Program-made: the position numbers and the translations under genes
Assembly: GCA_963803065.1 (NCBI GenBank)
Contig: CAWDKW010000013.1
Span: forward strand, 101,729 to 165,728
Direction of reading: 5' to 3'
DNA: 64,000 bases
Source: an uncultured Acidimicrobiaceae bacterium
GTDB taxonomy: Bacteria > Actinomycetota > Acidimicrobiia > Acidimicrobiales > RAAP-2
Shown: positions 8,674 to 17,291 of the stretch, in pieces
Layout of the letters: each line of letters opens with the position of its first letter
How positions within the stretch are numbered: the first letter of the stretch is position 1
The notes under the pieces: generated by a model
Told to the model about the DNA's origin: nothing
The model's input: only the letters and a program-made list of their open reading frames with translations
Databases searched by the model: none

Positions 8674-11052
8674 TCAGGCGGCCACCGGCTGGGCTCCGTC
8701 GTCCGAGGCGGGGCCGGCTTCGGCGGCCGGCTCGGCGTCGCCGGCCAGGGCGACGTCCAGCACCTCGTTGATGTCGCTGGCCAGATGGAAGGTCATCTCG
8801 TCGCGGACGGACTCGGAGACGTCCTCCAGGTCCGGGCCGTTCCGGGCGGGCAGGACCACCGTGGTCAGTCCCGACCGGTGGGCGGCCAGCACCTTCTGGC
8901 GGACGCCACCGATGGGCAGGACCCGACCCTGCAGCGTGACCTCACCGGTCATGCCCACCACCGACCGGACCGGTCGGTCCCGCAACAGGCTGACCAACGC
9001 GGTCGTCATGGTGACGCCGGCGGAGGGACCGTCCTTGGGGATGGCCCCGGCCGGGACGTGCAGGTGGAACCGCTTGCCGGCGAAGCTCGCCGGGTCGATG
9101 CCCAGGGCCTCGGCGTGGGAGCGGACATAGGAGAGGGCGATCTCGGCCGACTCCTTCATCACGTCCCCGAGCTGACCGGTCAGGGTCAGGCCCTCGGGAC
9201 CGTCCATCATCGACGCCTCGACGTAGAGGACGTCGCCACCGGCTCCGGTCACGGCCAGTCCGGTGGCCACACCGGGGACCGCGGTCCGATCGGCCGTCTC
9301 GAAGAAGAAGCGCGGGCGCCCCAACCACTCCCTGACGTCGCCCGAATCGACGACGACCGGAGCGGTGGCCGTGTCCGAGGCCAGCTTGGTGGCCACCTTG
9401 CGGAGCAGCCGGCCGAGCTCGCGCTCCAGCGAGCGCACCCCGGCCTCCCGGGTGTAGTCGGCCACCACGGCGCGCAGCGCCCCGTCGGTGATGGTGACCT
9501 CGTCGGGCCGGAGCGCGGCGCGCTCCAGCTGGCGACCGACCAGATGGTGCCGGGCGATGGCCACCTTCTCCTCTTCGGTGTAGCCGTCCAACCGGATGAC
9601 CTCCATCCGGTCGAGCAGCGGGGCGGGGATGGTGTCGATCATGTTGGCCGTGGCGATGAACAGCACCCGCGACAGGTCCAGCTCCACTTCCAGGTAGTGG
9701 TCCCGGAAGGTGTGGTTCTGGGCCGGGTCGAGCACCTCGAGCAGCGCGGAGGACGGGTCGCCCCGGTAGTCGGCACCGAGCTTGTCCACCTCGTCGAGCA
9801 CGATCACCGGGTTCATGGTCCCCGCCTCGCGCAGGGCCCGCACCAGGCGGCCGGGCTGAGCGCCCACGTAGGTGCGACGGTGGCCGCGGATCTCCGCTTC
9901 GTCGCGCACCCCGCCCAGGGCCACGCGGACGAAGGAGCGGTTGAGGGCGCGCGCCACCGACTCGCCCAGCGAGGTCTTGCCCACGCCCGGGGGACCGACC
10001 AGGGCCAGGATGGCCCCGTTCCCTCGGCCGCCCACGGGGGCCAGGCCCCGCTCCGCTTGCAGCTTGCGAACGGACAGGTGCTCCAGGATGCGCTCTTTCA
10101 CGTCGCTCAGGCCGTCGTGGTCCTCGTCCAGGATCTGGGAGGCGGCGGCCACGTCCAGGCGGTCCTCGGAGAGCTTGCCCCAGGGGAGCTCCAGCACCGT
10201 GTCCAACCACGTGCGGATCCACCCCTGCTCGGGGCTCTGCTCATTGGTCCGCTCCAGCTTGGAGATCTCCCGCTCCACCGCCTTGCGCACGTCCTCGGGC
10301 AGGTCGCGGTCCTCGATGGCGGTGCGGTAGTCGTCGGGGGCATCCTCGTCCGACGGGTTGAGCTGACCGAGCTCCTTGCGGATGGACTCGAGCTGGCGCC
10401 GCAGCAGGAACTCCCGCTGGGTCTTCTCCATGCCCTCTTCCACGTCGGTCTTGATGCGCTCGCGCAGGGTCAGGTCGGCCAGCGTGTCCCGCGCCCAACC
10501 CAGGACCAGGCGGAGGCGCGCCTCCACGTCGACGGTCTCGAGGACCTGGACCTTCTGGGCCAGGTTCAGGTCTGGGGAGTAGCCGGCCACGTCGGCGATG
10601 CGGCCCGGCTCGGTGATCCCGGCCAGCTGCTCGGCGATCCGACCCGCGCCCCTGGAGTGCAGGATGTTCTCGAGCACGGCCCGGTACTCGCGGGCCAGCT
10701 CGGTCGCCTCGGGGGAGGCGGGTGGCTCCTTGATGGTGTCCACCTGGACCCAGAGGGCCTGCCCGGTGCCGGGCACGGCCGGCCCGATGGCGGCGCGATC
10801 GAGGCCGCGGACGACCACTGCCTGCATGCCGCCGGGCAGCTCGCCCGTCTCGACCACCTCGGCCAGCACCCCGACGTCGGAGTAGCGACCCTCGATGTGG
10901 GGGACGGTGATGAAGTGCCCGTCCGCCGACGCGGCGGCCTCGACGGCAGCCCTGGCCTCCTCGGACTCGAGGGCCATGGTGAACATCATCCCCGGGAGCA
11001 CCACTCCCGAGGTCAAGGGTAACAGCGGCAAGTTCTGACTTAGCTCTGCCAT
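8674..11052 (-). CDS. lon: ATP-dependent protease La (Lon)
   Basis: N-terminal LON domain (LPLLPLTSGVVLPGMMF), AAA+ Walker A GPPGVGKTSLGESVARAL, and a protease domain with DGPSAGVTMTTALVS. Start moved to M16 (MAELSQ) because GGAGGA lies 6-7 nt upstream. Confidence 0.95.
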   Translation of the reverse strand: MAELSQNLPLLPLTSGVVLPGMMFTMALESEEARAAVEAAASADGHFITVPHIEGRYSDVGVLAEVVETGELPGGMQAVVVRGLDRAAIGPAVPGTGQALWVQVDTIKEPPASPEATELAREYRAVLENILHSRGAGRIAEQLAGITEPGRIADVAGYSPDLNLAQKVQVLETVDVEARLRLVLGWARDTLADLTLRERIKTDVEEGMEKTQREFLLRRQLESIRKELGQLNPSDEDAPDDYRTAIEDRDLPEDVRKAVEREISKLERTNEQSPEQGWIRTWLDTVLELPWGKLSEDRLDVAAASQILDEDHDGLSDVKERILEHLSVRKLQAERGLAPVGGRGNGAILALVGPPGVGKTSLGESVARALNRSFVRVALGGVRDEAEIRGHRRTYVGAQPGRLVRALREAGTMNPVIVLDEVDKLGADYRGDPSSALLEVLDPAQNHTFRDHYLEVELDLSRVLFIATANMIDTIPAPLLDRMEVIRLDGYTEEEKVAIARHHLVGRQLERAALRPDEVTITDGALRAVVADYTREAGVRSLERELGRLLRKVATKLASDTATAPVVVDSGDVREWLGRPRFFFETADRTAVPGVATGLAVTGAGGDVLYVEASMMDGPEGLTLTGQLGDVMKESAEIALSYVRSHAEALGIDPASFAGKRFHLHVPAGAIPKDGPSAGVTMTTALVSLLRDRPVRSVVGMTGEVTLQGRVLPIGGVRQKVLAAHRSGLTTVVLPARNGPDLEDVSESVRDEMTFHLASDINEVLDVALAGDAEPAAEAGPASDDGAQPVAA

Positions 11053-11234
11053 GGGTCCTCCAATTGGTCCTGGCATAAATCGTTGCTTAGTCAACAACTT
11101 GACCGGTGTGGTATTCCTGGCGGACCCCTCGGAGGGGCCGGTATCGGCTTGAACTGGGCTGTTCTACCTGGCCGGCCGCGGTCTACCTGGCGGGCTCCGG
11201 CCTGCGGGTTTGGCTGATCCCGGCCTCTGGCTAG

Positions 11235-12122
11235 TCAGTGCCGCCCCTCGGAGAACCGCTGGGTACGGGACACGATGATCCGGGAGGCCACCAACAGGAG
11301 GAGGACGATGACCAAGAGGATGAGGGCGGCGTCGAAGGCCAGGTCGTTGGCCTCCTTGTTGGGCAGCTGGAAGAAGGCGAAGACCGGGTAGGTGAGGTAG
11401 GGGAACTGGGCGTGCGTCAGCGAATGCGGGACGGTGGGTGAGAACCCCGCCGTGTAGATGAGGGGAGCGGTCTCCCCGCCGGCGATGGCCAGGGCCAGTA
11501 GGAGGCCGGTGACGATGCCGGGAGCGGCCGATTTGAGGACCACCTTGCGGAGGCCGTAGCCCATGGACATGCCCAGAGCCTGGGCCCCCTCACGATAAGT
11601 GGTGGGGACCTGGCGCACGGCAGTCTCAGTCGATTTGGCGATGTAGGGGATCACCATCATCGACAGGATGAGCACGGCGGGGAGGTAGGAGAACCCCCAG
11701 TGCAGTCCGAGCACGAGGGCGACATAGCCCACGTAGCCAAGCACGATCGATGGGAATCCGGACAGCACCTCGCTGGCCGTCCGCAGGGTTGCGCTACCTG
11801 TCTTGCCGCTGGGCCGGGGCCGGGCCAACTCACCGAGATGGATGCCGGCCATGACGCCGATGGACCCGGCCACGACCAAGACGCCCAGCATGAGGAGGAG
11901 CGACCCGATGATCGGTCCCGACAGCCCGCCGCTGGTCTGGTGGAGGGGGGTGACGAGTACGCTCCACCGCCAGTGGGGGACGGCCCGAGACACGATCCCC
12001 ACCACGATCCAGATGGCGGGCCCGAGGACCAGGACCAGGGCCACCAGGTTGGTCGCCCGGAAGAGGACCTCGTGGATGCGGCGCCTTCGCGTCCTCGGAT
12101 AGGCGACGTTGGTCTCGCTCAT
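11235..12122 (-). CDS. pstA: Phosphate ABC transporter permease PstA
   Basis: 295-aa polytopic protein with the EAA-loop region REGAQALGMSMGYGLRKVVLKSAAPGIVTG. Last gene of the pst string. Confidence 0.9.
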   Translation of the reverse strand: MSETNVAYPRTRRRRIHEVLFRATNLVALVLVLGPAIWIVVGIVSRAVPHWRWSVLVTPLHQTSGGLSGPIIGSLLLMLGVLVVAGSIGVMAGIHLGELARPRPSGKTGSATLRTASEVLSGFPSIVLGYVGYVALVLGLHWGFSYLPAVLILSMMVIPYIAKSTETAVRQVPTTYREGAQALGMSMGYGLRKVVLKSAAPGIVTGLLLALAIAGGETAPLIYTAGFSPTVPHSLTHAQFPYLTYPVFAFFQLPNKEANDLAFDAALILLVIVLLLLVASRIIVSRTQRFSEGRH

Positions 12123-12135
12123 GAGGCTCCTCTGC

Positions 12136-13230
12136 TCACGCCCCGACCGGGGCCATCAGCCGTCCGGTCCGGTTGACGATCATCCTGGCCACCAGGTTCA
12201 CGGCCACGGAGATCACCGCCAGGACCAGTCCGGCCTCGGCCAGGGTGGCCACGGCGAAGCCGGTGCCGTCGGTGCCGGCCGAGTCGAGCTGCCCCAGGAT
12301 GAGGGCGGCGATGGTACTCATCGGGCTGTAGATGTTGGGGGCGATGTGGAGGATGGACCCGGTGATCAGGAACACGGCGATGGTCTCGCCCAACGCCCGG
12401 CCGAGGCCGAGCACGGTGGCGCCGATGATCCCCGAGCGGACCCAGGGCAGCGTGACCCGGCGGGCCACCTCGGCATCGGTCATCCCCAGGGCCGAGGCTC
12501 CCTCCTTGGGCAGGGGGGGCACGCCCAAGAAGAGGTCCCGGGTGGTCGAGGCGATGATGGGCACGATCATCAGCGACAGCACGATCCCGGCGGTGAGGAG
12601 GCCCAGTCCATGACCGGTCGGGGCCCGGAAGTACCGGAGGATTGGGACGTCGGGCATGACGGCGGCAATGTGGGGGTAGACGTCTCGGGCCAGGATGGGG
12701 CCGAGGGTGAGGACGCCCCAGAGGCCGAGGAGCACGCTGGGCACGCCGGCCAGCAACTCGATGGCGAACCCCAGGGGACGCGAGACCCACTGGGGGAGGC
12801 GCTCGGTCAGGGCGAAGGCGGCCGCGACGGAGAGGGGGAGGGCGATGATCACGGCGATGGCCGAGGTCTGGATCGTGCCCACGATCATCGGCCACAGCCC
12901 GTAGCTGACGCCGACGGGATGGGCCACGCCGTGGGTGTGGGTGATCGCCGCGTAGGTGCTTCCTGGGTTCCACGACGTTCCGGTGAAGAACCCGGTGCCG
13001 TTGACGATGATGGCCGGCCACGCCTTGATGGCCAGGGTGGTGACGGCGAAGGCCAACGCGGCCAGGGGGATCAGTGACGCGATCCGTGCGCCCACCCGCC
13101 AGGCGTGCTCCTCACTGGCGCGGAGCGCGTCGACGATCCGCCGAGCCACTGGGGCTCGGCGGATCGTCTTGGCGCTGTGTGGTGTTGGTGCGGCTGACGG
13201 GAGCTGAGGGCTCCCCTCGTAGGCAGTCAC
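12136..13230 (-). CDS. pstC: Phosphate ABC transporter permease PstC
   Basis: 364-aa polytopic protein. KEGASALGMTDAEVARRVTLPWVRSGIIGATVLGLGRALGETIAV is the PstC signature region. Confidence 0.9.
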   Translation of the reverse strand: MTAYEGSPQLPSAAPTPHSAKTIRRAPVARRIVDALRASEEHAWRVGARIASLIPLAALAFAVTTLAIKAWPAIIVNGTGFFTGTSWNPGSTYAAITHTHGVAHPVGVSYGLWPMIVGTIQTSAIAVIIALPLSVAAAFALTERLPQWVSRPLGFAIELLAGVPSVLLGLWGVLTLGPILARDVYPHIAAVMPDVPILRYFRAPTGHGLGLLTAGIVLSLMIVPIIASTTRDLFLGVPPLPKEGASALGMTDAEVARRVTLPWVRSGIIGATVLGLGRALGETIAVFLITGSILHIAPNIYSPMSTIAALILGQLDSAGTDGTGFAVATLAEAGLVLAVISVAVNLVARMIVNRTGRLMAPVGA

Positions 13231-13233
13231 CGA

Positions 13234-14346
13234 CTATTGAATCTTGATGATCTGCTTCACCGACTGGGCGACGACCTTGGCCGGCAAGGCCTGGAAGGCC
13301 ACCTGGCTGAGGTAGGTCGCGTTGTTGCCGAACTTCGGATTGATGGACCACTCGAGGACCGACCGGATGGCCTTGGCCTTGTTCGAATCGGACTGGTGGG
13401 AGTTCACGATGGCGTACTCGTAGTTGACGATCGGGTAGCCCGTAGCCGCCGGCCCGTAGATCAGCGAGATGGTGCCGTTGGGAGGGGTCTTCTTCACGAA
13501 GCCGGCCGCCTCAGCCGCAATGGCCTCCTGGGTGGGCAACTCGTAGGAGCCCTTGGCGTTCTGGAGCTGCGCGTAGCCCAGCGCGGCCTGGAGGGCCTGT
13601 GTCTGGTAGCTGATCCCGATGTAGGCGATGCAGCCCACCGTGGCCTTGCAGCCCGAGACCATGCCCGAGTTGCCGTTCTCACCGAGAGCTCCGGGTGCGT
13701 TCGGCCACTGCACGGTGGTGCCGTAGCTGATCGATGCGCCCCAACCCGACGCGTCCGCCTTGGACAGGAACTGGGTGAACAAGAAGGTGTCCCCGCTGCC
13801 GTCCGAGCGGTGCAGCGTCACGATCGGCGTGGCCGGGAGAGTGACCCCGGAGTTCAGAGCGGTGATGGCCGGATCGTTCCAGGTCGTGACCTTGCCCTGG
13901 TAGATCTGGGACAGCACCTTGCCGTTCAGCTTCAGGTGGGCCGTCACCCCGGGGATGTTGTAGGAGACCAGCTGAGCCGAGATGGCCAGCGGGATGTTCA
14001 ACAAGGTCGGGCTGGCAGAGACCTGCGAGGGCGAGAGGTACGCATCCGACGAACCGATGTCGACCGTGCCGTTGGTGGCGTCGGTGATGCCGGTGCCCGA
14101 ACCCGTGCCCGCCGTCGAGATGGTGACGTTCGGGTAGGTCTGGTTGTAGGCGGGGGCCCACAGGTTCCAGAGCGGGTAGAGCAGGGTGCTGCCCGTCTCG
14201 GAGAGGGACGCTGCCGGCGGCTTCTCGACCCCGTTGGCGGGGATCTTCACGGTCGCGGCCGAAGCGGTGACCGTGCCCATGAGGGCGATGGCTGTGGCCG
14301 CCACGACTGCTGGGACCACTCGTCTAGCTCGGAGCATCCGAGTCAC
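13234..14346 (-). CDS. pstS: Phosphate-binding protein PstS
   Basis: Start moved to GTG (V54 of ORF 13234..14505), 8-9 nt after AAGGAGGAA; an ATG lies 9 nt further in. It has a signal peptide (MLRARRVVPAVVAATAIALMG..ASAA) and the PstS motifs GSTLLYPL, GTGSGTG and SDGSGDTF. Confidence 0.9.
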   Translation of the reverse strand: MTRMLRARRVVPAVVAATAIALMGTVTASAATVKIPANGVEKPPAASLSETGSTLLYPLWNLWAPAYNQTYPNVTISTAGTGSGTGITDATNGTVDIGSSDAYLSPSQVSASPTLLNIPLAISAQLVSYNIPGVTAHLKLNGKVLSQIYQGKVTTWNDPAITALNSGVTLPATPIVTLHRSDGSGDTFLFTQFLSKADASGWGASISYGTTVQWPNAPGALGENGNSGMVSGCKATVGCIAYIGISYQTQALQAALGYAQLQNAKGSYELPTQEAIAAEAAGFVKKTPPNGTISLIYGPAATGYPIVNYEYAIVNSHQSDSNKAKAIRSVLEWSINPKFGNNATYLSQVAFQALPAKVVAQSVKQIIKIQ

Positions 14347-14379
14347 TAGTTGTTCCTCCTTGTGTTTGTCGATTGAATT

Positions 14380-14415
14380 GGTCTGTTGCGATCGGTGAGT
14401 CTGTTGCGACCGGTG
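14380..14415 (-). repeat. Two tandem 18-nt units in the pstS leader/promoter
   Basis: On the gene strand: CACCGGTCGCAACAGACT then CACCGATCGCAACAGACC (16/18 identical), ending 34 nt upstream of the pstS GTG. They account for the HRSQQTHRSQQT artefact in the over-extended ORF. Confidence 0.8.
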
Positions 14416-14476
14416 GGTGCCTGGTGCGATCGAACCCCGTGGATAGGTGACAGCTGCCATCGGTTTGTCGAGCAAT

Positions 14477-14509
14477 GTGGGTGATGGGTGACGTCGACCG
14501 ATCACCCAC
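14477..14509 (-). other. Intercistronic stem-loop between pstB and pstS
   Basis: The 9-bp perfect inverted repeat GTGGGTGAT / ATCACCCAC has a 15-nt spacer and begins about 25 nt after the pstB stop. An alternative pairing, GGGTGA/GTCACCC, shares the same arm. Confidence 0.4.
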
Positions 14510-14533
14510 AGGCGTTGGGAGCGACCGGGCGGC

Positions 14534-15418
14534 TTACCCCATGCGCCCGCTGACGTAATGCTGGGTCCGCTCTTGCGTGGGTTGGTCGAACATGGACACG
14601 GTCCGTCCGTGCTCGACGAGCTCGCCGTCGTAGAAGAACATGGTGTTGTCCGAGACCCGCCGGGCCTGGGCCAGGTTGTGGGTCACGACGATCTGTGTGA
14701 GGGCCGGTGTCATCTCGCGCATGAGCGCCTCGATGTACTCCGTGGAAATCGGGTCGAGCGACGAAGTGGGCTCGTCGAGCAACAGCACCTCGGGGCCGAC
14801 GGCCAGGGCCCTGGCCAGGCACAGCAGCTGCTGTTGACCGCCGGAGAGCCGGAACGGCGAGTCGCGCAGCCGGTCCTTCACCGCGTCCCACAAGCCGACC
14901 TCGCGCAGGCGTCGCTCTGCAATGACGTCGAGCTGCTTGCCTTTGGCGATGCGGTGAGCCTTCACGCCGGCCACCACGTTGTCCCGGATGGACATGGGAA
15001 ACGGGTTGGGCCGCTGGAAGAGCATGCCGACCCGGCGACGCAGCGTGAGCAGGTCCTGCCGGGGAGCCCAGATGGACACGTCGTCCAGGGTCACGTCGCC
15101 ATCGAAGGTGAACCCGGGCACCTTGTCGTTCATCCGGTTCAAGGTGCGGATGAACGTCGACTTCCCCGACCCGGTCGGGCCGATGAGCGCGGTGATGGTG
15201 CCCCGTTGGAAGGTCATGTTGATGTCGGAGAGGATCTGCTTGGGGCCGAACCGCAGAAACAGGCTCTGCGTGCGCATGATGTCGCTGGGCCGGGCATGGT
15301 CGGGGTCGAGGGCAGCCAGAACCGGGTCGAGCACTGGCTTTTGCTCAGTGGAGACCATGGGATCGGCCCGGAAACCTGTCCCCGATTCTGCCGGTGTCCT
15401 TGTCGGATCGTCGCTCAT
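14534..15418 (-). CDS. pstB: Phosphate import ATP-binding protein PstB
   Basis: Start moved to M65 (MSDDPTRTP), preceded by GAAGGAAGAG. Walker A is GPTGSGKSTF, the signature is LSGGQQQLLCLARAL and Walker B is LLLDEPTSSLD. Confidence 0.9.
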   Translation of the reverse strand: MSDDPTRTPAESGTGFRADPMVSTEQKPVLDPVLAALDPDHARPSDIMRTQSLFLRFGPKQILSDINMTFQRGTITALIGPTGSGKSTFIRTLNRMNDKVPGFTFDGDVTLDDVSIWAPRQDLLTLRRRVGMLFQRPNPFPMSIRDNVVAGVKAHRIAKGKQLDVIAERRLREVGLWDAVKDRLRDSPFRLSGGQQQLLCLARALAVGPEVLLLDEPTSSLDPISTEYIEALMREMTPALTQIVVTHNLAQARRVSDNTMFFYDGELVEHGRTVSMFDQPTQERTQHYVSGRMG

Positions 15419-15465
15419 GCGGCTCTTCCTTCTCAACTCGTGACTGCAACGGAACCGTAACGATC

Positions 15466-15509
15466 GCAAATGAACCAGATAGGAACGACACGTGACGGCA
15501 AGGTGGAAT
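15466..15509 (-). promoter_or_regulatory. Candidate PHO boxes upstream of pstB (four phased 11-nt units)
   Basis: On the gene strand: ATTCCACCTTG, CCGTCACGTGT, CGTTCCTATCT, GGTTCATTTGC. The cores TTCCAC, CGTCAC, GTTCCT and GTTCAT sit at the same unit position, 48-91 nt upstream of the pstB ATG in a visibly A/T-richer spacer. Confidence 0.45.
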
Positions 15510-15527
15510 TCAGGCAAACAGTTCGTT

Positions 15528-16349
15528 TCACTGCGGTCGGTCCTCGGCTGCGTCCCGTCTGGCCGGCGCGGGCCGGGCACCGTCGGGGTCGATACGGAAC
15601 CCGACCCCACGGACGGTGACGATGAAACGGGGATTGGACGGGTCCGGCTCGAGCTTGGCCCGCAACCGGTGGACGTGGGTGTCGAGGGTCCGGCTGTCGG
15701 ACAGCTCGCGATGGGGCCAGAGCAGGTCGATCAGCTCGTCGCGGGTGCGGACCTGGCCGGGCGGTGCCAGCAGCACGTCGAGGAGGTCGAACTCACGGCG
15801 GGAGAGGTGTATCTGCTCGTTGTTCCGGGTCACGCTGCGGCTGGCGAAGTCCACCACCATCGGCCCCAACCGTACGTCGGCCCTGGCCGTGCTCGCCGCC
15901 GCCTCTCGGGGTGCGGGTGGCGGGGCGGCGCTCGGCTCCGGTCCAGGTCCGGGCGGTGACACCCGGCGAAGCACCGCTTGGATCCGCGCGACCAGCTCCC
16001 GGAGGCGGAACGGCTTGGTCACATAGTCGGCCGCCCCGAGCTCGAGCCCGAGAACCACGTCGAGCTCGGTGTCGACGGCGCTCACCATGACGATGGGGAC
16101 CGGGGCGATGGCCCGCATCCGCCGGCAGACCTCGATGCCGCTGATGCCCGGCAGGAGCACATCGAGGAGCACGATGTCCGGGAGGCGCTCGGCGAAGCGG
16201 GCCAGGCCCTCGGCTCCGTCGGCGGCCAGTTCGACGTGGTAGCCCTCGAGCTGGAGGCCAGAAGACATGGCCTCCCGATAGGACTCCTCGTCCTCGACGA
16301 CGAGCACGCGGACCTGCTCGTCGTCGAGCGGCAAACCGGGGCCAGACAT
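15528..16349 (-). CDS. OmpR/PhoB-family response regulator with no kinase partner nearby; candidate Pho regulator
   Basis: Start at M32 (MSGPGLP). The receiver domain has VLVVEDEE, LLDVLLPG, MVSAVD and TKPF. After a long P/A-rich linker comes the winged helix LSRREFDLLDVLL..TLDTHVHRLRAKLE..IVTVRGVGFR. It sits immediately upstream of pstB on the same strand. Confidence 0.85.
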   Translation of the reverse strand: MSGPGLPLDDEQVRVLVVEDEESYREAMSSGLQLEGYHVELAADGAEGLARFAERLPDIVLLDVLLPGISGIEVCRRMRAIAPVPIVMVSAVDTELDVVLGLELGAADYVTKPFRLRELVARIQAVLRRVSPPGPGPEPSAAPPPAPREAAASTARADVRLGPMVVDFASRSVTRNNEQIHLSRREFDLLDVLLAPPGQVRTRDELIDLLWPHRELSDSRTLDTHVHRLRAKLEPDPSNPRFIVTVRGVGFRIDPDGARPAPARRDAAEDRPQ

Positions 16350-16540
16350 CACATTGATTCGACCTCCCGGCGGGATCGTAGGGAGACGAGGTGAACAAGA
16401 CGCGCGAACTAAGCAACACGACGGTGATCGTTGTGTGAACACTTCGCGACATTCCCTGGTGGCGGGGGGTCTCGGGTGCGCCCATTTCGTCGGCCCGGCC
16501 GGTGGTCAGGAGGTGCGGGCGTTATCCTGGGACCCGTCGA

Positions 16541-16593
16541 GGCGATGGGGCTCGCCTATGGAACCGCCGCATGCCCGGCTGACGGTCCCTACC
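16541..16593 (+). ncRNA. Fluoride riboswitch (crcB RNA motif)
   Basis: The sequence is GGCGAUGGGGCUCGCCUAUGGAACCGCCGCAUGCCCGGCUGACGGUCCCUACC. P1 is GGCG/CGCC, AACCGCC is conserved, P3 is GCCG/CGGC, and the conserved GCUGAUGG appears as GCUGACGG. The 3' GGUCCC can pair with the P1-loop GGGGCU (two G-U pairs) to form the pseudoknot. An SD (GGGAGGA) follows 10 nt later, then a GTG in frame with crcB. Confidence 0.75.
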
Positions 16594-16617
16594 CGAAGTT
16601 CAAGGGAGGAACCCCGG

Positions 16618-17190
16618 GTGGGCGAGGACGAACCAGTGAGTGGACACGGGCCCTCGGAGCAGTGCCCCTCGGCCCGCCGTCTTCCCATCGACCCGGATCG
16701 ACCCGGCTCCGCCGAATCAGCCGGAAGACTGGCCCGATCGAACCCGGCGTTGCCGCACACGCGTCCGGCGCCGCCCCGTCGGGCGTTCCTGCATCCGATG
16801 ACACTGGCGGCGATCGCTCTCGGTGGGGCGGCCGGCACGCTTGGTCGGGTCGAGCTGACCCGCCTCATCCCGCCCACGGTCAACGGCTTCCCGTGGCCCA
16901 CGTTCGCCGCCAACCTGATCGGGGCCTTCGTTCTCGGATTGGTCATCGTGCTCGTCCTCGACCTGCTGCCCCCCAGTCGCTATGTGCGGCCCCTCATCGG
17001 GACCGGCTTCTGTGGCGGCCTGACGACGTTCTCCACCCTGGTCGTCGAGATCGACCTGTTGGTGAAGGCCGGCCATCTGCCCCTGGCCATCGGGTACCTG
17101 GCCGCCACCCTGGTGGCCGGGATGGCGGCCGTCTGGGCGGGAATGGCCCTGGCCCGAGCGGCGGCCTCGGCGCGCGGTCCCAGACCGTGA
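16618..17190 (+). CDS. crcB: Fluoride efflux channel CrcB/FluC (copy 1), possibly with a 60-aa N-terminal extension
   Basis: The CrcB core runs from M149 of ORF 16354..17190 (16798): LGGAAGTLGR..FPWPTFAANLIGAFVLG..GFCGGLTTFSTL. I place the start at GTG 16618 because it follows GGGAGGA by 7 nt, directly after the riboswitch. ATG 16798 is the conservative alternative. Confidence 0.8.
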   Translation: MGEDEPVSGHGPSEQCPSARRLPIDPDRPGSAESAGRLARSNPALPHTRPAPPRRAFLHPMTLAAIALGGAAGTLGRVELTRLIPPTVNGFPWPTFAANLIGAFVLGLVIVLVLDLLPPSRYVRPLIGTGFCGGLTTFSTLVVEIDLLVKAGHLPLAIGYLAATLVAGMAAVWAGMALARAAASARGPRP

Positions 17191-17223
17191 GGCTCGCGCC
17201 CCCGGGCCGACCAGACGGAGCGG

Positions 17224-17291
17224 GTAGTGACACAGAGCAGGCAGTGACAAAGAGCAGGCAGTGACAACGAGCAGGCAGTGACAACGAGAGG
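17224..17291 (+). repeat. Four tandem 17-nt units filling the crcB1-DUF190 spacer
   Basis: The units are GTAGTGACACAGAGCAG, GCAGTGACAAAGAGCAG, GCAGTGACAACGAGCAG and GCAGTGACAACGAGAGG, ending exactly at ATG 17292. Confidence 0.9.

Noticed and set aside
8668-11022. 784-aa + strand ORF opposite lon
   Set aside because: The same shadow-ORF signature (G/R/H/D/L-rich low complexity). The minus strand encodes a complete Lon protease.
11090-11103. Palindrome GTCAA-CAAC-TTGAC about 40 nt upstream of lon, considered as a HAIR/HspR site
   Set aside because: The arm sequence and 4-nt spacing do not match CTTGAGT-N7-ACTCAAG. The TTGAC may simply be a -35 element. It is too weak to call.
14380-14440. Reading the pstS-proximal repeats as 11-nt phased PHO boxes like those at 6353 and 15466
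   Set aside because: GTTCGA, GGTCGC and CTCACC-like cores are present, but their spacing (15, 24 and 36 nt) drifts out of the 11-nt register. I report them only as 18-nt repeats.
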